Shown here: positions 10,605 to 18,267 of the stretch, one piece after another
Layout of the letters: each line of letters begins with the position of its first letter
Position numbering within the stretch: the first letter of the stretch is position 1
Source: Sphaerochaetaceae bacterium
GTDB lineage: Bacteria; Spirochaetota; Spirochaetia; Sphaerochaetales; Sphaerochaetaceae
DNA length: 64,000 bases
Direction: 5' to 3'
NCBI GenBank assembly: GCA_963677225.1
Contig: OY781923.1
Span: 1,693,507-1,757,506, forward strand
Position numbers and translations under genes: made by a program
The notes under the pieces: generated by a model
Seen by the model: only the letters and a program-made list of their open reading frames with translations
Told to the model about the DNA's origin: nothing
Databases searched by the model: none

Positions 10605-11219
10605 ATGAAGATATTCTCACATTTCTCCCTTGATGATTTTTCGAACACCTACCTCATCGGCCCTGAAAACGGCGGAGATGCGATCCTGATCGATCCCGGA
10701 CATATCGACATATCGATCATCGAGCGGGTGGAGCAGAACAGATACAATGTCGCCCATGTGCTCATCACCCACAGACACGACAGACATATCGCCGGTCTCG
10801 GCACTCTGATGAAAATATATAATCCGAAAATCTATGCGGGATCCCCCTCTCTCTACGACTTCCCAGTGACAGGCCTCAAGGATTCACTGTTTCTCGATGT
10901 ATCGGGAATCTCGGTGGAGGCGATGCAGATCCCCGGCCACTCGATCGATTCTTTCGTATTCAAGATCGGGAATGCTCTGTTCACCGGGGATGTCCTTCAC
11001 GCAGGACGCGTCGGCTCGACAAAAGGTGTTCTGGAGAAGGCCCTTCTTTTGAAGGGTATCAAAAAGAGGATCCTCACTCTCGACGAGAGGTTCGTCATAT
11101 TCCCCGGCCACGGTACACTGAGCACGATAAAAGTCGAAAAACTTTTCAATCAGGAACTCATCGAAGCCATGGGAAGTGACGATCTCGACCAGATCAGTCA
11201 TCCGAGTATCCGTACCTGA
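10605..11219 (+). CDS. MBL-fold metallo-hydrolase (glyoxalase II-like)
   Basis: 204-aa ORF starting 6 nt after the pentapeptide gene. Metallo-beta-lactamase pattern: ILIDPGH, THRHDRH, IPGHS, FTGD, FPGHG. Confidence 0.85.
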   Translation: MKIFSHFSLDDFSNTYLIGPENGGDAILIDPGHIDISIIERVEQNRYNVAHVLITHRHDRHIAGLGTLMKIYNPKIYAGSPSLYDFPVTGLKDSLFLDVSGISVEAMQIPGHSIDSFVFKIGNALFTGDVLHAGRVGSTKGVLEKALLLKGIKKRILTLDERFVIFPGHGTLSTIKVEKLFNQELIEAMGSDDLDQISHPSIRT

Positions 11220-11220
11220 G

Positions 11221-12135
11221 TCAGTTCAGCAGTTTATCTTTGAATCTTTGAGGCATGGGAGAAGTGATCTTCATCCTCTCTTTCGTTTCAGGATGGTCAA
11301 AAGAGAGAGACAGAGCATGAAGCAGTAAGGGAGAATCGTCTTTTTTCCGGTTGTAGATACTATCGCCGACGATCGGATGAAAGATGCTCTGAAGGTGTAC
11401 CCTGATCTGGTGGGTCCGTCCCGTGAACAGGTGCACCCGAAGCAGGGCAACTTCTTCATACTGTTTCAGAACAAGATAGTCTGTTCTCGCCTTTTTCCCC
11501 TTGTCGGGGTCTTCGCTTGCGCTGAATTTCTGCCGGTCCCGTTCATCACGTACGATCGATGTACGTATCGAACCTCTTCTCGTTTCAAAGACACCTTCAG
11601 CGACAGCTATGTAGTATTTATCGGTCTGGCGGTCTTTGAACTGGCGGTTCATCTCCCGCAAAGCTTTCGCGGTCTTTGCTATTAGGAGGACTCCGCTGGT
11701 ATCCTTGTCCAGACGATGGACTATCCCGGGCCTCAACTTCTCCTGATCGTGTTCTGCAACGAAAGGATCACCGTAGCGGTAGACCAGAGCATTCGCCACG
11801 GTCCGGTCCCAGTTGCCGCTTCCCGGATGTACGACCATCCCCGCCTCTTTGTCTATCACCAGAATCGAATCATCCTCGTAGAGAACTTTAAGAGGAATAT
11901 CCTGAGGCTCCAGTGAATCGAAGAAATGTTCGGTCCACTGCAGAGTGATCTCATCTCCTTTTTTCACTCTTTTGCTTTTTTTAACCTTTCGGCCGTTGAG
12001 GAAAAAACGGGTTTCAGGATCATCTGATAGAGTTCTGCTGAAATCGGGAGCCAAGGCTGAACAGACCATGTCTATCCTGCATGAATCGAAACTGTCATCT
12101 ATGCAGAAACTCTCTGCGTGTTCGCGAACAGCCAT
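11221..12135 (-). CDS. rluD: RluA-family 23S rRNA pseudouridine synthase (RluD-like, with S4 domain)
   Basis: Catalytic motif HRLDKDTSGVLLIAK and GRTHQIRVHL. ORF 11221..12288 trimmed to ATG 12135, because the extension overlaps the upstream small gene. Confidence 0.87.
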   Translation of the reverse strand: MAVREHAESFCIDDSFDSCRIDMVCSALAPDFSRTLSDDPETRFFLNGRKVKKSKRVKKGDEITLQWTEHFFDSLEPQDIPLKVLYEDDSILVIDKEAGMVVHPGSGNWDRTVANALVYRYGDPFVAEHDQEKLRPGIVHRLDKDTSGVLLIAKTAKALREMNRQFKDRQTDKYYIAVAEGVFETRRGSIRTSIVRDERDRQKFSASEDPDKGKKARTDYLVLKQYEEVALLRVHLFTGRTHQIRVHLQSIFHPIVGDSIYNRKKDDSPLLLHALSLSFDHPETKERMKITSPMPQRFKDKLLN

Positions 12136-12136
12136 A

Positions 12137-12445
12137 TCATTCACCCAATAAATAGTCGACCACAGCGACAGCAAGAGAGAGGACCGCTGCCGATCCGACG
12201 ACGATCGCTGCTTCTCCGAGATCGGTGGAATGAAGAGGTGACATCCCGGCATTCTGAGCAAGTGTGTATGTGACCGAAGTGAGAGCACATGTGAGAGGCA
12301 ACGATCCGAAAAAGAGGGTCTCCCCTCTTCTCAGAGAGAGGGCCCACTCGGGAAACTCATCCTCCCGATATTCCTCACCCGTCGCCGAGAAAACCGGCAT
12401 AAGGAGAAGAAGAAGTACCATCACACACAGAATCATCCTTTTCAT
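12137..12445 (-). CDS. Small secreted/membrane protein, unknown function
   Basis: 102-aa ORF with signal-peptide-like MKRMILCVMVLLLLLMPVFSA and two C-terminal hydrophobic segments. It fits exactly between yggS (1-nt TAATG overlap) and rluD (1-nt gap), which supports a real gene. Confidence 0.55.
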   Translation of the reverse strand: MKRMILCVMVLLLLLMPVFSATGEEYREDEFPEWALSLRRGETLFFGSLPLTCALTSVTYTLAQNAGMSPLHSTDLGEAAIVVGSAAVLSLAVAVVDYLLGE

Positions 12446-13140
12446 TAATATCCTCTCGAACCGAAGATTGCGGTCCCTATCCTTACTATGGTAGATCCCG
12501 CTTCGATCGCAATCCTGAAATCTCCGCTCATCCCCATCGAAAGCTGATGGAAATCAAGATCGGGGAACTGTTGAGCACATTCGTCCTGCAGAAGCCGAAG
12601 TGAATTGAAAGCCTTATAGATTTTCGTTTCGACGGATGTCTGCGGACCGACGGTCATCAGTCCTTCGACTTTCACATGGTGGAGGCTGCTGATGACTTCG
12701 AGAGTTCTAAACAGATCGTCTTTATCACCGAACCCGTGTTTTGTTCCATCTTTGGCAGTATCGATCTCAAGAAGAACAGGCATCACTTTCCCTGCCTTCT
12801 CTGATTCCTTATCGATGAGGCGGACAAGCTTTTCACTGTCTACCGAATCGATTCCATCAACGAGAGAAACAGCCTTTTTTACTTTATTCGATTGAAGATG
12901 ACCGATCAGACGCAGCGTGAACTCACCTTCTTTTCTTTCTGTGAATTTTCCGGCGACCTCCTGTACCCGGTTCTCGCCGAACAGTGTCATATTACAACCG
13001 AGAGCATCCGCGACCGCCTCATACGGGTGGTTTTTTGATACGGCCATCAATGAAACACCATCACTCCTTCCGGCCTTTCTCACAGCTTCATCTATCTCAT
13101 ATCTGATCTGTGCGATCCTTTCGTTCATCTCGACATTCAT
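12445..13140 (-). CDS. yggS: YggS-family pyridoxal-phosphate homeostasis protein
   Basis: Motifs LMAVSKNHP (PLP lysine), HLIGHLQSNKVKK and LSMGMSGDF. Start trimmed to ATG 13140, with AAGGTG 8 nt upstream. Confidence 0.88.
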   Translation of the reverse strand: MNVEMNERIAQIRYEIDEAVRKAGRSDGVSLMAVSKNHPYEAVADALGCNMTLFGENRVQEVAGKFTERKEGEFTLRLIGHLQSNKVKKAVSLVDGIDSVDSEKLVRLIDKESEKAGKVMPVLLEIDTAKDGTKHGFGDKDDLFRTLEVISSLHHVKVEGLMTVGPQTSVETKIYKAFNSLRLLQDECAQQFPDLDFHQLSMGMSGDFRIAIEAGSTIVRIGTAIFGSRGY

Positions 13141-13163
13141 TGTATCTACACCTTCTTTGACAA

Positions 13164-13724
13164 TCATAATTTTTCGTAGGTATCGCTGAACACTGCATAT
13201 AGAGCCGAATCCTGGTAGCCGTTCAGTGAGCTTTTGTAATAATGGCGGAGACAGGAGCACTCTTTATGCATTCCGGCTTTCTCCATGACTCTTCCGCTTG
13301 CCGCGTTGGCAAGAGAGTGGGCAGCTTCTATTCTGTGAAGTCCCATGTAGGTGAACGCATGACGCAGGACATAGGGGAGAGCTTCGCTCATGTACCCTTT
13401 CCCCCACTTGCTGCGGGAAAGACAATACCCGACTTCCCCTTTATGATCGACAGGTGATATGGTCATTACACCGGCAGACCCGATCACTGTACCAGTCTCT
13501 CTGACGACGATCGCCCAGTTCACCGAATGTGGAAGGGTCTCGTCCTCGATCCAGCTGCTGATCACCTTCTCTGATTCCTCAACGCTCTTGTGGGGTACGA
13601 ATCTGAGATATCTGGCAACTTCATGATCGCTTGCCCAACCGAACATCGCAGGAGCATCAGAACGTTTGAAGGGACGTAACAACAGCCTGTCCGTCTGTAT
13701 TTCATGCTTCTTTATCGTTTTCAT
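13164..13724 (-). CDS. GNAT-family N-acetyltransferase (RimJ/RimL-like)
   Basis: 186-aa product with TDRLLLRPFKRSDA, the acetyl-CoA motif WGKGYMSEAL and HRIEAAHSLANAASGRVMEKAGM. ATG at 13724, with GAGGA 9 nt upstream. Confidence 0.85.
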   Translation of the reverse strand: MKTIKKHEIQTDRLLLRPFKRSDAPAMFGWASDHEVARYLRFVPHKSVEESEKVISSWIEDETLPHSVNWAIVVRETGTVIGSAGVMTISPVDHKGEVGYCLSRSKWGKGYMSEALPYVLRHAFTYMGLHRIEAAHSLANAASGRVMEKAGMHKECSCLRHYYKSSLNGYQDSALYAVFSDTYEKL

Positions 13725-13785
13725 AGGTCTCAATCCTCTAGGGCACCAGTATACCAGCGAAAAGGTTCAATTGAAAACGGGTAGA

Positions 13786-13821
13786 ATATAAAAAGAGAGA
13801 AAGTTCTGAGACTTTCTCTCT
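13786..13821 (-). terminator. Rho-independent terminator downstream of tRNA-Val
   Basis: Perfect 11-bp stem AGAGAGAAAGT/ACTTTCTCTCT (13794-13804 and 13811-13821) with a 6-nt loop. On the minus strand it is followed by TTTTTATAT. Confidence 0.65.
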
Positions 13822-13825
13822 CGTA

Positions 13826-13897
13826 TGGGGGGTAAGGGATTTGAACCCATGACATCCTGCTTGTAAGGCAGGCGCTCTCCCACTGAGCTAACCCCCC
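13826..13897 (-). tRNA. tRNA-Val (anticodon UAC)
   Basis: The minus strand reads GGGGGGTTAGCTCAGTGGGAGAGCGCCTGCCTTACAAGCAGGATGTCATGGGTTCAAATCCCTTACCCCCCA. It has a 7-bp acceptor stem, a GCTC/GAGC D stem, a CCTGC/GCAGG anticodon stem with loop CTTACAA, and a TTCAAAT T loop. CCA is not encoded. Confidence 0.9.
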
Positions 13898-13916
13898 GTA
13901 ATGCGTAACGAAAAGA

Positions 13917-13946
13917 AAACTACCACACACTTGTAAGTTTTGTCAA
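13917..13946 (-). promoter_or_regulatory. Candidate promoter for tRNA-Val (TTGACA-18 nt-TAGTTT with TGn extension)
   Basis: On the minus strand, TTGACA lies at plus 13941-13946 and TGG-TAGTTT at plus 13917-13925. This is about 20 nt upstream of the tRNA 5' end. Confidence 0.4.
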
Positions 13947-14098
13947 TAATGAGAGGCGATAAATCGGTGAAAGAAGTACCTTGATTGTTGAAACCTGCCC
14001 AATAACCCTTTACCATCATAGACATAGATAGTAACATCGGTTATTACATCCTTTTCTTGTAACCACTTACCGTGTTTCTCAAATAATCGAAAAGGTTG

Positions 14099-15988
14099 AT
14101 GATGGAGAATAAGAAAGAAATGACAGACGATTTCGAGTCCCGTTTCAGGGAAAAAGAATCCTCACTATATGCCTACTACACTTCCCTGTATGGTAACAGA
14201 ATGTATGAGAAACTTATCTCCATGATCAGAAAAAAACGGGAAGAAAGACCTGAAAACATGAGAGAACTCGACGCTCTCAGACTAGATAAGCCTCTGTGGT
14301 ATCAGGAATCTTCAATGGTGGGAATGATGCTCTATGTCGATAATTTCGCCGGAGACTTTGAACACATGGTCGAAAAAATCGATTACCTGAGCGAAATCGG
14401 AGTCACCTATCTTCATCTGATGCCGGTATTCAAAATGCCTGAACTTTTGAACGACGGAGGCTATGCAGTCAGTGATTTCACATCGATCGACGGGAAGTTC
14501 GGCACGAACGAACAGTTCGACGTCTTTACCAGGAAGTGCCATGACCGCGGCATCAGTATCTGCGTCGATTTCGTCCTCAATCATACGAGTGATGAACACC
14601 AGTGGGCACAGAAGGCGAAGGAAGGAGATCCTGAAGCGAAAAAACGCTATTTCATCTTTCCCGACAGAACGATGTGCGACATGTATGAGAAATATGTCAA
14701 TGAAGTCTTTCCCATCCTCGCTCCAGGCAATTTCACCTATAACGCTGCGTCCTCCTCATGGATACTCACCACCTTCAATCACTATCAGTGGGATCTCAAC
14801 TATCAGAATCCCGAAGTATTCATAGATATGGCTTCGGCGATGCTCCAGATGAGCAACCGTGGAGTCGACATCTTCAGATTCGATGCAATTCCATATATAT
14901 GGAAGACCTGGGGCACTTCCTGCAGAAATCTTCCCCAGGTTCATACCCTCGTCAGAATGTTCCGTCTGGTACTTGAGATCGTATCGCCTGCGACCATCAT
15001 CAAAGGTGAGGTCGTCATGGCCCCCAAAGAAGTTGCCCCATATTTCGGAACGACTGAAGAGCCTGAATGCCATCTCTTGTACAACGTCTCTCTGATGGTC
15101 GAGCTGTGGAATTCACTGGCGACACGGGATACGCGAATGCTCGCATCTCTCATCGATTCCATACCAGCTACCATCCCGCCGAGTGCAAGCTGGGTCAATT
15201 ATGCCCGTTGTCATGACGATATAGGCTGGGGTTTCAACGATGACAAGGCCAGAGAGCTTGGGTTCGATCCTTTTTACCACAAACAGTTTTTGATCAATTT
15301 TTACCTGGGATCTTTCAGCGGGAGTTTCGCCAGAGGCGAGCTGTATGAATCTGATCCTAAAACACAGGATGCCAGAAACTGCGGAACTCTCGCTTCTCTG
15401 TGCGGTCTGGAAAAAGCAGTTGCTGAACATGATGAGTATCAGGCGGAATTAGCCATCAAACGGATCATCCTCATGCAGGTGTTCACCTTCGTCACGAACG
15501 GAATCCCCGTCATCTACAGTGGAGACGAGATAGCACAGCTTAATGATTATTCGTATATCGGAGACCCTCATAAATCACGTGATTCACGGTTTCTTCACCG
15601 GGGTAAATTCGACTGGCAGAGCGCTGAAAAACGCCGAGATCTTTCTCTTTATTCATCGCAGGTCTTCTACCGCCTTCTCCGTTATATCGACAAGGCCAAG
15701 GGTAATCCCATGATGGGAAACGACTGCACTCTTCAGACTATCGGGACAAGTGATATCTCCACTGTCGCACTTATCGTAAAGAAAAGGGATGTAGAGGCAT
15801 CGAATCAGATCATGATAGTCATCGCCAATTTCAGCGAGTACCAGAAAAGTATCTCGGTCGATCTTTCAGATAGCTCGTATCTGGTGGAGAATATCTGGAG
15901 TGAGCTGATACAGGGAAAGATCGTTACATTCGGAAAAGACAAAATAATAGTAGGACCCTACGAAATCATGATTCTCACCTCGAACTGA
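14099..15988 (+). CDS. Amylosucrase-like GH13 glucosyltransferase (alpha-amylase superfamily)
   Basis: About 629 aa. GH13 regions DFVLNHTS, GVDIFRFDAIPYIWK, IIKGEVVMAP and YARCHDDIGW are present. There is extended by-eye collinearity with my memory of Neisseria amylosucrase (GDPEAKKRYFIFPDR, TTFNHYQWDLNYQNPEVF, CRNLPQVHTL, NSLATRD, GSFARG). Confidence 0.82.
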   Translation: MMENKKEMTDDFESRFREKESSLYAYYTSLYGNRMYEKLISMIRKKREERPENMRELDALRLDKPLWYQESSMVGMMLYVDNFAGDFEHMVEKIDYLSEIGVTYLHLMPVFKMPELLNDGGYAVSDFTSIDGKFGTNEQFDVFTRKCHDRGISICVDFVLNHTSDEHQWAQKAKEGDPEAKKRYFIFPDRTMCDMYEKYVNEVFPILAPGNFTYNAASSSWILTTFNHYQWDLNYQNPEVFIDMASAMLQMSNRGVDIFRFDAIPYIWKTWGTSCRNLPQVHTLVRMFRLVLEIVSPATIIKGEVVMAPKEVAPYFGTTEEPECHLLYNVSLMVELWNSLATRDTRMLASLIDSIPATIPPSASWVNYARCHDDIGWGFNDDKARELGFDPFYHKQFLINFYLGSFSGSFARGELYESDPKTQDARNCGTLASLCGLEKAVAEHDEYQAELAIKRIILMQVFTFVTNGIPVIYSGDEIAQLNDYSYIGDPHKSRDSRFLHRGKFDWQSAEKRRDLSLYSSQVFYRLLRYIDKAKGNPMMGNDCTLQTIGTSDISTVALIVKKRDVEASNQIMIVIANFSEYQKSISVDLSDSSYLVENIWSELIQGKIVTFGKDKIIVGPYEIMILTSN

Positions 15989-15998
15989 CTCGTTCGTA

Positions 15999-16047
15999 TT
16001 GACAGAAGGTGAATGTTTCATGTATATATGAATATGTAATCATATAT
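15999..16047 (+). promoter_or_regulatory. Promoter (TTGACA-18 nt-TATATA) with overlapping inverted-repeat operator upstream of the metal ATPase
   Basis: TTGACA at 15999-16004 and TATATA at 16023-16028. The inverted repeat ATATATGA (16024-16031) / TCATATAT (16040-16047) is extendable to 10 of 12 matched arms and covers the -10 and start region. GGAGA RBS at 16056-16060. Confidence 0.5.
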
Positions 16048-16065
16048 TAATACGTGGAGATTTGA

Positions 16066-18177
16066 ATGAGCCAGACAAGAACATATACAATATCAGGAAT
16101 AGACTGTCAGCACTGCGCCCTGAAGATCGAGAAGGAAGTCGCAAAGATGAACGGTATTCATGACAGTTCCATCAATATCGTTCAGGGACGATTCGACATC
16201 ACCTATGACGATACTCTCGCATCTAGGATAGACCAGACAGTGATGTCTATCGTGAGAAAGATTGAAAAAAGAGCACAGGTCATCCCCAGAGAGCAGTCTT
16301 CTGCCCATAAGAAAAAATTTCTTACGACCTATATCGTACCTTTGAGAGTATTTCTCAGTGTCGCTATTCTCATTGTCACCCATTTTCTCGTCACCAATAA
16401 CAGTCTCTCACTGATACTCTATATTGCAGCCTACCTCATCAGCGGCTATGATGTACTTTATAAAGCGGTCAGAAACATACTGAAAGGTGAATGGTTTGAT
16501 GAACAGTTTCTCATGAGCATAGCCACGGTCGGAGCATTTTTCATTTCCCAGTATGCCGAAGCGACAGCTGTAATGGCCTTCTATCAGGTCGGTGAATTCT
16601 TTCAGAGTAAAGCTGTCAATCATTCGAGAAATGCGATAACAGCTCTGTTCGAAATGAAAGTGGATTATGCAGATGTGTTACACGGCAAGAAAGTCGAACG
16701 ATTCCCGGTCGAGCAGGTTAAAATCGGCGATCACATCATCGTAAAAGCGGGAGAGAAATTCCCGGTCGATGTCAAAATTACGAAGGGTTCCACTTCAGTC
16801 GATCTCAGAGCGGTCACAGGAGAATCAAAACCGATACCCGTGAAGGAGGGGGATACTGTCGTATCAGGAGCAATAAACAACAGCAGCGTCATCGAAGCGC
16901 AGGCACTCAGAATATGGGAAGATTCCAATGTGGCGAAAATGATGAGAATGGTTGAGGATGCCGGAAAACGAAAAGCGAAAACCGAAAGCTTCATAACCAG
17001 ATTCTCTCATTATTACACACCTATCGTCGTCTTCAGTGCACTATTTGTAGCTCTTGTAATGCCCCTTATCACATCAACGCCCTATCAGACATGGATATAC
17101 CGGGCTCTGGTATTCCTTGTCGTCTCGTGTCCATGTGCTTTAGTTCTTTCAGTACCTCTGGGAATATTCGCCGCGATAGGGTCTCTTTCCAAATCGAAAG
17201 TCCTTGTTAAAGGAGGATCATTCATTGAATCGATGAGCAAAGTTGATACCATCGTCTTCGACAAGACCGGAACGATAACAGACGGAGAGCTGAGAGTCAG
17301 AACAGTCAACTCGTTTGATACGTCCCGTCTGACCGAAAAAATGGTTCACTATTTCAGTGCCAGTCTCGAACAGTTCGCGAACCATGTGATCTCCCGTGCC
17401 ATTGTCTCATCATACAACTTTGATTTGAGTCCCCGTGTCGAACAGGTAACCGAATATCCGGGCAGAGGAATCGAAGGATATGTCGACGGAAGAAAGGTTG
17501 CCGTCGGGAATCTCTCTTTCATGAAGGAACTCGGCATCAATGAAAGCCCCGAAATGGAGACTTTGAACGATTGTGACATTTTCATGAGTGTAGATTCTGT
17601 CATCGCAGGTTCCATCATCCTTGAGGATTCTATCAAAAGCGGAGCAAAACAGACTGTCGATGAGCTCAGAAGGCTGCATGTACATGATATCTCCATCGTC
17701 TCCGGCGACAGCGGTCACAATGTCGAAAAGGTCGCATCGCTTTGCGGTATCGATACTTTTTCTGCAAGGAAACTTCCTGAGCAGAAATTGAAGATAGTCG
17801 AAGAGAAGATGGCAAAGAAAAAAAAGAACTCGTTTGTCGCTTTCGTAGGAGATGGAATCAATGATGCACCGGTTCTCACGGTAAGTGACATCGGTATCTC
17901 GATGGGAATGATCGGATCGCAGTCTGCGGTCGAATCTTCCGACATAGTTATCATGGGTGATGACCTTAAGAAGATCCCCCTTGCGATCCGAAAAAGCAGA
18001 CATGCAATGACGATCATCAAAGAGAACATCTTCTTGGCGATCTCCATCAAGATCCTTGTGATGATCCTTTCACTTTTCGGCCTCTCGACTTTATGGATGG
18101 CGGTCTTCGCGGACACAGGAGTCGCACTGCTGGCTGTAGCTAATTCCTTGCGTATTCTAAGAAAAAGTGATATGTAA
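16066..18177 (+). CDS. Heavy-metal P1B-type ATPase, Zn/Cd/Pb-type signature
   Basis: 703 aa. N-terminal HMA domain GIDCQHCA, then TGES, DKTGTIT and GDGINDAP. Transmembrane signatures are CPCALVLSVP (CPCx4SxP), NIFLAISIK (Nx7K) and DTG (DxG), which together define the P1B-2 subgroup. Confidence 0.92.
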   Translation: MSQTRTYTISGIDCQHCALKIEKEVAKMNGIHDSSINIVQGRFDITYDDTLASRIDQTVMSIVRKIEKRAQVIPREQSSAHKKKFLTTYIVPLRVFLSVAILIVTHFLVTNNSLSLILYIAAYLISGYDVLYKAVRNILKGEWFDEQFLMSIATVGAFFISQYAEATAVMAFYQVGEFFQSKAVNHSRNAITALFEMKVDYADVLHGKKVERFPVEQVKIGDHIIVKAGEKFPVDVKITKGSTSVDLRAVTGESKPIPVKEGDTVVSGAINNSSVIEAQALRIWEDSNVAKMMRMVEDAGKRKAKTESFITRFSHYYTPIVVFSALFVALVMPLITSTPYQTWIYRALVFLVVSCPCALVLSVPLGIFAAIGSLSKSKVLVKGGSFIESMSKVDTIVFDKTGTITDGELRVRTVNSFDTSRLTEKMVHYFSASLEQFANHVISRAIVSSYNFDLSPRVEQVTEYPGRGIEGYVDGRKVAVGNLSFMKELGINESPEMETLNDCDIFMSVDSVIAGSIILEDSIKSGAKQTVDELRRLHVHDISIVSGDSGHNVEKVASLCGIDTFSARKLPEQKLKIVEEKMAKKKKNSFVAFVGDGINDAPVLTVSDIGISMGMIGSQSAVESSDIVIMGDDLKKIPLAIRKSRHAMTIIKENIFLAISIKILVMILSLFGLSTLWMAVFADTGVALLAVANSLRILRKSDM

Positions 18178-18267
18178 AATAGTCTTTAATCAAAATATTA
18201 ATTATGATACTATTTCTGGGAATTTAACGACTCAGAGTATCTGATCTGGACGAACAAGGATTATTGT

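Noticed and set aside
12136-12288. Long form of the rluD ORF (start at 12288)
   Set aside because: It would overlap the well-fitted 102-aa gene in another frame. The homology to RluD (S4 domain) begins near Met 12135.
13730-13930. 66-aa ORF on the minus strand
   Set aside because: It is fully explained by tRNA-Val and its terminator, both of which it overlaps. There is no RBS, and the translation simply reads through the tRNA sequence.
13826-18177. Idea that tRNA-Val, the amylosucrase and the metal ATPase form a genomic island
   Set aside because: There is no integrase. I noticed no direct repeat of the tRNA 3' end downstream, and both genes have ordinary promoters. The idea is retained only as a low-interest note on the amylosucrase.
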